From assembly GCA_016214925.1 (NCBI GenBank), contig JACRMO010000110.1:10182-48599 (forward strand): a DNA stretch of 38,418 nucleotides, in the 5' to 3' direction. The notes below the pieces were generated by a model. The model worked only from the letters and a program-made list of their open reading frames with translations, searched no databases and was not told the origin of the DNA. The DNA is from Gammaproteobacteria bacterium (lineage in GTDB: Bacteria; Pseudomonadota; Gammaproteobacteria; Thiohalobacterales; Thiohalobacteraceae). Both the position numbers and the translations under genes were made by a program. Of this stretch, positions 32,394 through 38,418 are shown piece by piece. Position 1 is the first letter of the stretch; the number at the start of each line of letters is the position of its first letter.

Positions 32394-34604
32394 CTATTTC
32401 TCTCGGCGCTCGTAGACGCCGTCCCAATCTTCCGGCAAGGCACGCTCGCGGAGATGATCTATACGCTCCAGATATAAAGCGTAGAGCTGTGTCTCTGGAT
32501 GCGCCGCGTGCAAGGCCGCGAACAGCGCGTGCGCCTGCGGCCACGCGCGTCCCCAGAAATGTCCCAGCGCTTGCGCGTGGCTGGCCAGTTCCTCGCGCAG
32601 GGATTCACTGAGTTCCATCGACCGACACAGCGGTACGTAAACCTCCACGGCTTCGTGTTTGCCCTTTACACGTACACGGTCCAATTGCTGGTAAACGAAG
32701 CCAGGGGCCAGTTCGCGGGTGCGCGGCCCAACCACCAGATGCACGCCGTAGTATTTAGTCAGACCTTCCAGACGTGATGCCAGATTCACTGCATCGCCGA
32801 TCACTGTGTAGGCACGGCGATATTGCGAACCCATGTCGCCCACGTTCATGACGCCACTGTTGATGCCGATGCCGATATTGATCTCCGGCAGGCCCTCGCG
32901 CGCGAATTCTTTTTGCAGATCTTTCACGGCGTTCAGCATGTCCAGCGCGGCGGCGATGGCGTGTTCGGCATGTTCGCCGTCCTGCAGCGGCGCGCCCCAG
33001 AAAGCCATGATCATGTCGCCGACATATTTGTCGATGGTGCCACGACGGTCGAAGATGACGCGCGTCATCGGCGTGAAGAAGCGGTTGAGCAGGCTTTTGA
33101 GTTCGCCGGCGGACAATGCCTCGGAGATCGTCGTGAAGTTGCGGATGTCGGCGAATAACACCGACAGCTCGCGGCTCTCGCCGTCGAAGTCGAAATATTC
33201 CGGGCGCCGGCTCATTTCTTCGACCAGGGCCGCCGGCACGTCTTGGCCGAACCTATTCTTGAGCTGACGGCGGCTGCGCGATTCGAACAGGAAGCCGTAG
33301 CTCATGTTGAACACGGACAGCACCAGAATCAGCAACAACGGCAGGCTCAATGCGAGCGCCAGATCGGCCGATTTCCACAGCCAGACATTGCCGGCCGTCA
33401 CACCGACAAGGGCCACGGTGGCGGCCAGTAGCTGCACCCAGGCCGTGAGAAAGGGCAGCGCGCTGGCCAGCAAGACTCCAAGCAACAACATCAGTGTGAA
33501 GTTGGCGCCCTTTGCCCACGCCGGTTCCGCCGGGAAGCGACCTTCCAAGATACCGGCGAGGATGTTGGCCTGAATCTCCACGCCCGGAAATACACCCGCG
33601 ACCGGTGTGGCACGCAGATCGGCAAGCGCCAGCGCCGAGGCGCCGATCAGTACCACGCGGTTGTTCAGCGCGTCGTTGCCGATCTGTCCTCGCAGCACAG
33701 CGGTCGCCGAAACCTGTGCGAAGCTTCCGGCCGGACCACGATACGGAATCAGCACTTGGCCGCTGCCGTCGACAGCGAGATGTTTATCGCCGAGGACGAT
33801 CTGATCGACGGTTTCCAGTGCGCCGATCCGCGTGAGGCGTATGTCGGGCGTGTCGACCAGCAGGTATGTATTTGCCGCGGCCAACGCCAGCGAGGGGTAG
33901 ACGGCAGTCCCGATGCGCAACACCAGCGGCGAACGACGGATCACGCCGTCGCTGTCCGGCAGCGTGGTCAGAAAGCCGCTCGCGCGGCTGGCGTTCTGCA
34001 ACGCGGGCAGATTTCCCGTGGACGTGCGCAACGCCGGAATTGCCGTGCGCAGATCGGCGGGGACCGTCAGTATGGGCGAGGGGAGCATGCCGCTGGGAGG
34101 CGTGCGCTGATTGTGCAGTACGAAGCCCAGTACGCTATCGATTTCGGCGAGACTGGCCGCGAACTGGGCATCGGCATCGAAGGCCGCTAGATGGGCGGTC
34201 AACTGCTGTGTGATGGCTGGATCGGTCGGGCCCAAGACATCCAGGACGGTGTGGATTGGATTTGTCTCGGCCTCCGAGAACACCATATCGAAAGCGACCA
34301 CGGCGGCGCCCGCATCCCGCAATCGGGTCACGAGTTCGGCGAGGCGCGCACGTGACCAGGGCCAGCGGCCCTCGGCTTGCAAGCTGGCTTCGTCGATATC
34401 GCAGATGACGATTTGCGGGGATGCATTGGACGCCTGCGGCAAGCTGGCATTGAGCCGCAGATCATAGGCGAGGTATTCCAGACGTTCGCGGGCGGTGCGG
34501 ACGGCGGACAGTTCGTTCGTCTGCAACCACAGCATGCATGTTGCGAGCGCGAGTCCAATCAGGATGGCTGTTTTTCTGCCGCTGCCGCCGGAATGTCTCG
34601 TCAT
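32394..34604 (-). CDS. CHASE2 sensor domain - class III adenylate cyclase
   Basis: TM1, then periplasmic CHASE2 (IVICDIDEASLQAEGRWPWSRARLAELVTRLRDAGAAVVAFDMVFSE). Three TM segments follow, then the cyclase domain (LSVLFADIRNFT...IDKYVGDMIMAFWG...YTVIGDAVNLASRLE). Metal Asp residues, Asn and Arg are present, with a Lys/Thr specificity pair. ATG 34604 (MTRHSGG). Confidence 0.88.
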   Translation of the reverse strand: MTRHSGGSGRKTAILIGLALATCMLWLQTNELSAVRTARERLEYLAYDLRLNASLPQASNASPQIVICDIDEASLQAEGRWPWSRARLAELVTRLRDAGAAVVAFDMVFSEAETNPIHTVLDVLGPTDPAITQQLTAHLAAFDADAQFAASLAEIDSVLGFVLHNQRTPPSGMLPSPILTVPADLRTAIPALRTSTGNLPALQNASRASGFLTTLPDSDGVIRRSPLVLRIGTAVYPSLALAAANTYLLVDTPDIRLTRIGALETVDQIVLGDKHLAVDGSGQVLIPYRGPAGSFAQVSATAVLRGQIGNDALNNRVVLIGASALALADLRATPVAGVFPGVEIQANILAGILEGRFPAEPAWAKGANFTLMLLLGVLLASALPFLTAWVQLLAATVALVGVTAGNVWLWKSADLALALSLPLLLILVLSVFNMSYGFLFESRSRRQLKNRFGQDVPAALVEEMSRRPEYFDFDGESRELSVLFADIRNFTTISEALSAGELKSLLNRFFTPMTRVIFDRRGTIDKYVGDMIMAFWGAPLQDGEHAEHAIAAALDMLNAVKDLQKEFAREGLPEINIGIGINSGVMNVGDMGSQYRRAYTVIGDAVNLASRLEGLTKYYGVHLVVGPRTRELAPGFVYQQLDRVRVKGKHEAVEVYVPLCRSMELSESLREELASHAQALGHFWGRAWPQAHALFAALHAAHPETQLYALYLERIDHLRERALPEDWDGVYERREK

Positions 34605-34803
34605 GGGATGCCGTTGTCTGATGGCGGTCGAAAGTGACGCGTATGTTGAACGCCAGGGGATTCTGCCTGACTCAGTGGCGGCTGACAAAATTGGGCTGAG
34701 AAACGGCGCGATGCAACACGCCCGCCTTATGGCGGGCATGGTGTGATGAATCACGTTTGGAACCGAGAGGAAGCGGTCTATCGGGATAACCGCTGGATGA
34801 AAT

Positions 34804-34880
34804 TGGTCGGGGAGAGAGGATTCGAACCTCCGGCCCCTGCGTCCCGAACGCAGTGCTCTACCAGGCTGAGCTACACCCCG
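34804..34880 (-). tRNA. tRNA-Pro (anticodon CGG)
   Basis: 77-nt cloverleaf on the minus strand: CGGGGTG-TA-GCTC-AGCCTGGTA-GAGC-A-CTGCG-TTCGGGA-CGCAG-GGGCC-GGAGG-TTCGAAT-CCTCT-CTCCCCG-A-CCA. The T-arm and anticodon arm are close to E. coli proK. One U-U mismatch at 6:67. Confidence 0.9.
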
Positions 34881-34883
34881 AGA

Positions 34884-35852
34884 TCAGTAAGTCCTACTGA
34901 CTGAAAATTCCGCGAGTGCGTACAGGGCATCCTTGTAGGGAGATGCCGGCAAGTTTTGCAGGGACTGCATGGCTTGATCGGCTGCCGAACGCGCGGATTG
35001 CGCAGTGTACGCGATGCCCCCTACCGATTCAATGGCCTGTTGGACGGCTTCGATGTCGTCGCGGCCGCCGTGTTCGATAGCATGGCGCACCACGGCGACT
35101 TGCTCAGGCGTACCTTTGCGCAGCACATAAATGAGCGGCAGCGTGGGTTTGCCTTCGGCGAGATCATCGCCGATGTTCTTGCCGGTTTCCGCGGCATCGG
35201 CGCTGTAGTCGAGCACATCGTCGATGAGCTGGAACGCTGTGCCTAAGTGCATGCCATAGGCGGCAATCGCCTCTTCCACGGCCGGCGGTTGTCCACCCAG
35301 CACCGCGCCTATGCGCGCGGCCGCTTCGAACAGCTTGGCGGTCTTGCAGCGGATGACGTCCATGTAGCGTGCTTCGCTGGTGTCCGGGTCGTGGCAGTTG
35401 AGCAGTTGCATCACCTCGCCCTCGGCGATGGTGTTGGTGGTCTGCGCCATGATTTCCATGATGCGCATGCTGCCGACCTCGACCATCATTTCGAAGGCGC
35501 GCGAATAGAGGAAATCGCCGACCAGCACGCTGGCCTCGTTGCCCCACAGGGCGTTGGCGGTCTCGCGGCCGCGGCGCAGTTCCGAGGCATCCACGACATC
35601 GTCATGGAGCAGGGTGGCGGTGTGAATGAACTCGACGATCGCGGCCAGATTGAGATGGTGGCGTCCGGTATAACCGCAGGCGTGCGCCGCGAGCAGCACC
35701 AGCAGTGGGCGCAGACGTTTTCCACCACTGTTGACGATGTACAGACCGACCTGATTGATCAGCAGTACATCCGAGCTCAAGCGTTCTTGGACGAGCCGAT
35801 CCACCGCCTGCATAGCCTCGGTGGTGAGGTCGCGTACCTGGTCCAAGCTCAT
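34884..35852 (-). CDS. ispB: Octaprenyl diphosphate synthase (trans-polyprenyl diphosphate synthase)
   Basis: First and second Asp-rich motifs (LLHDDVVD; FQLIDDVLD), GKRLRP, and a C-terminal pattern typical of IspB. Divergent from rplU, as in many proteobacteria. ATG 35852. Confidence 0.9.
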   Translation of the reverse strand: MSLDQVRDLTTEAMQAVDRLVQERLSSDVLLINQVGLYIVNSGGKRLRPLLVLLAAHACGYTGRHHLNLAAIVEFIHTATLLHDDVVDASELRRGRETANALWGNEASVLVGDFLYSRAFEMMVEVGSMRIMEIMAQTTNTIAEGEVMQLLNCHDPDTSEARYMDVIRCKTAKLFEAAARIGAVLGGQPPAVEEAIAAYGMHLGTAFQLIDDVLDYSADAAETGKNIGDDLAEGKPTLPLIYVLRKGTPEQVAVVRHAIEHGGRDDIEAVQQAIESVGGIAYTAQSARSAADQAMQSLQNLPASPYKDALYALAEFSVSRTY

Positions 35853-36023
35853 GAACTGGCTATCTTTTCGAAGTGGCTCGCGCATCGGCTGGGGTGATCC
35901 TGACCGTCTCCGACCGGGCAACCCCGGGCGGGTCCCAATTACCGGGGTGGCATCGGAGTGGCACCGGGGTGACGGGCTGCCTAGTGTAACCTCAGGTCCC
36001 GCCGCAGACCAAACAAATCGGGT

Positions 36024-36052
36024 TTGACCTGTGGGCGGGTGGCCTATAGAAT
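36024..36052 (+). promoter_or_regulatory. Candidate sigma-70 promoter for rplU-rpmA
   Basis: TTGACC-17 nt-TAGAAT, about 80 nt upstream of the rplU ATG. Confidence 0.55.
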
Positions 36053-36131
36053 TGGCGCCCTTTCAATGCTGTGGCGTCGATCTCTTACGACGGGGCCCGG
36101 CCAAAGAGACAGGTTTGCGGAGAACTTCAAG

Positions 36132-36443
36132 ATGTACGCAGTGATCGTCACCGGTGGTAAACAGTACCGGGTCACACCCGGCGAGACCCTCAAGATCGAA
36201 AAGCTGGAAGTGGCTGAGGGCGCCGCGGTGGAGTTCGACCGCGTTCTGATGGTTGCCGATGGTGACGCCGTCAAACTGGGCACCCCGTACCTGGCCGGCG
36301 GCAAGGTCAGCGCGACGGTCAAGTCGCACGGTCGTCACAAGAAAGTGCACATCATCAAGTTCCGCCGCCGCAAGCATCACATGAAGCATCAGGGGCATCG
36401 CCAGTACTACACCGAAGTGCAGATCACCGGCGTTTCCGCGTAA
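36132..36443 (+). CDS. rplU: 50S ribosomal protein L21
   Basis: [14 protein letters not shown]...[16 protein letters not shown] is a canonical L21 sequence. Confidence 0.95.
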   Translation: MYAVIVTGGKQYRVTPGETLKIEKLEVAEGAAVEFDRVLMVADGDAVKLGTPYLAGGKVSATVKSHGRHKKVHIIKFRRRKHHMKHQGHRQYYTEVQITGVSA

Positions 36444-36473
36444 GGCATTTGAGACAGAGGCAGGGCTTAAGCA

Positions 36474-36734
36474 ATGGCACATAAGAAAGCAGGCGGCAGT
36501 ACCCGCAACGGCCGCGATTCAGAATCGAAACGACTCGGCGTGAAGCGCTACGGCGGTCAGCAGGTCATCTCCGGCAACATCATCGTGCGTCAGCGTGGTA
36601 CCCATTTCCATCCGGGCCTGAACGTCGGCCTGGGCAAGGACCATACCTTGTTCGCGACGGCGGACGGCAAGGTGTGTTTCGTGACCCGCGGTCCGAACAA
36701 CCGCAAGTTCGTGGATGTGGTTGCCGCCGAGTAA
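36474..36734 (+). CDS. rpmA: 50S ribosomal protein L27
   Basis: [24 protein letters not shown]...[12 protein letters not shown] is a canonical L27 sequence. Confidence 0.95.
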   Translation: MAHKKAGGSTRNGRDSESKRLGVKRYGGQQVISGNIIVRQRGTHFHPGLNVGLGKDHTLFATADGKVCFVTRGPNNRKFVDVVAAE

Positions 36735-36759
36735 GCGCGCTTCCGCTTCATGCATACAA

Positions 36760-36791
36760 GGCCCCGTCCGGTACGGGGCCTTTTATTTTTT
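36760..36791 (+). terminator. Intrinsic terminator/attenuator after rpmA
   Basis: GGCCCCG-tccggta-CGGGGCC followed by TTTTATTTTTT. Confidence 0.8.
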
Positions 36792-36793
36792 GA

Positions 36794-37903
<1,110 letters not shown>

Positions 37904-37914
37904 CGTAGCGCGCC

Positions 37915-38418
37915 ATGAGCACACGGGAAACACTTGGGAAAAGTCGGCGCTGGGTCATCAAGATCGGCAGTGCTTTATTAACCAACGACGGCCGCGGATT
38001 GGATTTCACCGCGATCGGCGCCTGGGTCGAACAGATGGTCGGCCTCAAACAGGCGGGCCGGGAGCTGGTGCTGGTCTCGTCCGGCGCCGTGGCGGAAGGC
38101 ATGTGTCGTTTGGGCTGGAAGAAACGCCCGCATGCCTTGCACGAACTTCAGGCCGCCGCCGCCGTGGGCCAAATGGGTCTGGTGCAGGCCTACGAGTCAC
38201 GCTTCCTGCAACACGGCCTGCACGCCGCTCAAGTGCTGCTGACCCACGACGATCTCGCCGACCGGCACCGCTATCTCAACGCGCGCAGCACCCTGCGTAC
38301 CCTGCTCAAGCTCAACGTCGTCCCGGTGGTCAACGAGAACGACACTGTGGCCACCGAAGAGATCAAGTTCGGTGACAACGATACCCTCGCGGCACTGGTC
38401 GCTAATTTAGTCGAGGCC
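37915..38418 (+). CDS. proB: Glutamate 5-kinase (5' part; runs off the window end)
   Basis: My translation from ATG 37915: [29 protein letters not shown]...[10 protein letters not shown]...[34 protein letters not shown]. The reading frame is open to the last base. Confidence 0.88.
   Translation, partial: MSTRETLGKSRRWVIKIGSALLTNDGRGLDFTAIGAWVEQMVGLKQAGRELVLVSSGAVAEGMCRLGWKKRPHALHELQAAAAVGQMGLVQAYESRFLQHGLHAAQVLLTHDDLADRHRYLNARSTLRTLLKLNVVPVVNENDTVATEEIKFGDNDTLAALVANLVEA

Noticed and set aside
34720-34737. Hairpin GCCCGCC-ttat-GGCGGGC as a terminator downstream of tRNA-Pro
   Set aside because: Only a 7-bp stem, and no U-tract follows on the minus strand. This is insufficient for a terminator call.
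26598-34880. Genomic island integrated at tRNA-Pro
   Set aside because: No integrase was found, no direct repeat of the tRNA 3' end was seen further along, and there is no evident compositional shift relative to flanking genes.

Overview
GC-rich proteobacterial chromosomal window. The ispB / rplU-rpmA-obg-proB arrangement and the protein similarities suggest a gamma- or beta-proteobacterium, but the organism cannot be named from sequence alone. No CRISPR array, transposase, integrase, phage gene or recognisable defence system was seen. The window falls into four blocks.

(1) 1-10.6 kb is a nitrate/nitrite assimilation operon (nirB-nirD ... nasA). It is preceded by a sigma-54-type promoter and a roughly 300-nt leader carrying two AATG-hexaloop hairpins and a strong intrinsic terminator, which resembles NasR/NasT-ANTAR antitermination. 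An unusual module sits between nirD and nasA. It consists of a DsrC/TusE-like protein without the C-terminal Cys, a second signal-less NarB/NasA-like molybdoenzyme with a gap of about 43 aa in its MGD-binding region, a DmsB-DmsC fusion (four FeS motifs plus a polytopic membrane domain) and a small membrane protein.

(2) 10.7-26.5 kb holds signalling and housekeeping genes. These are a frameshifted MCP, a Crp-like regulator, a NUDIX hydrolase, YkgJ, a RibD_C-like protein, TauE, REC-REC-GGDEF(deg)-EAL(deg), a spermidine-synthase-like protein, a Cys-less IscR-like Rrf2 regulator, a YbaK-HDOD fusion, an rsd/algQ remnant, an ICMT-like protein, fbp, a WbuC cupin, mazG and amt.

(3) 26.6-34.6 kb is the best candidate for an undescribed system. 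A tandem-cNMP-binding rhodanese, a TPR + DUF560/Slam-like (type 11 secretion) outer-membrane protein and a secreted FecR-domain::TbpB-like-barrel chimera lie on one strand. They are convergent with a CHASE2 class III adenylate cyclase and divergent from a secreted SdrD-B-like protein.

(4) 34.8-38.4 kb holds tRNA-Pro(CGG), ispB, rplU, rpmA, obg and the 5' part of proB.

Three gene lesions were found (MCP frameshift, rsd internal deletion, in-frame gap in the molybdoenzyme). They may be real decay or assembly artefacts. All calls rest on hand reading of the ORF translations and the sequence; no searches were run.
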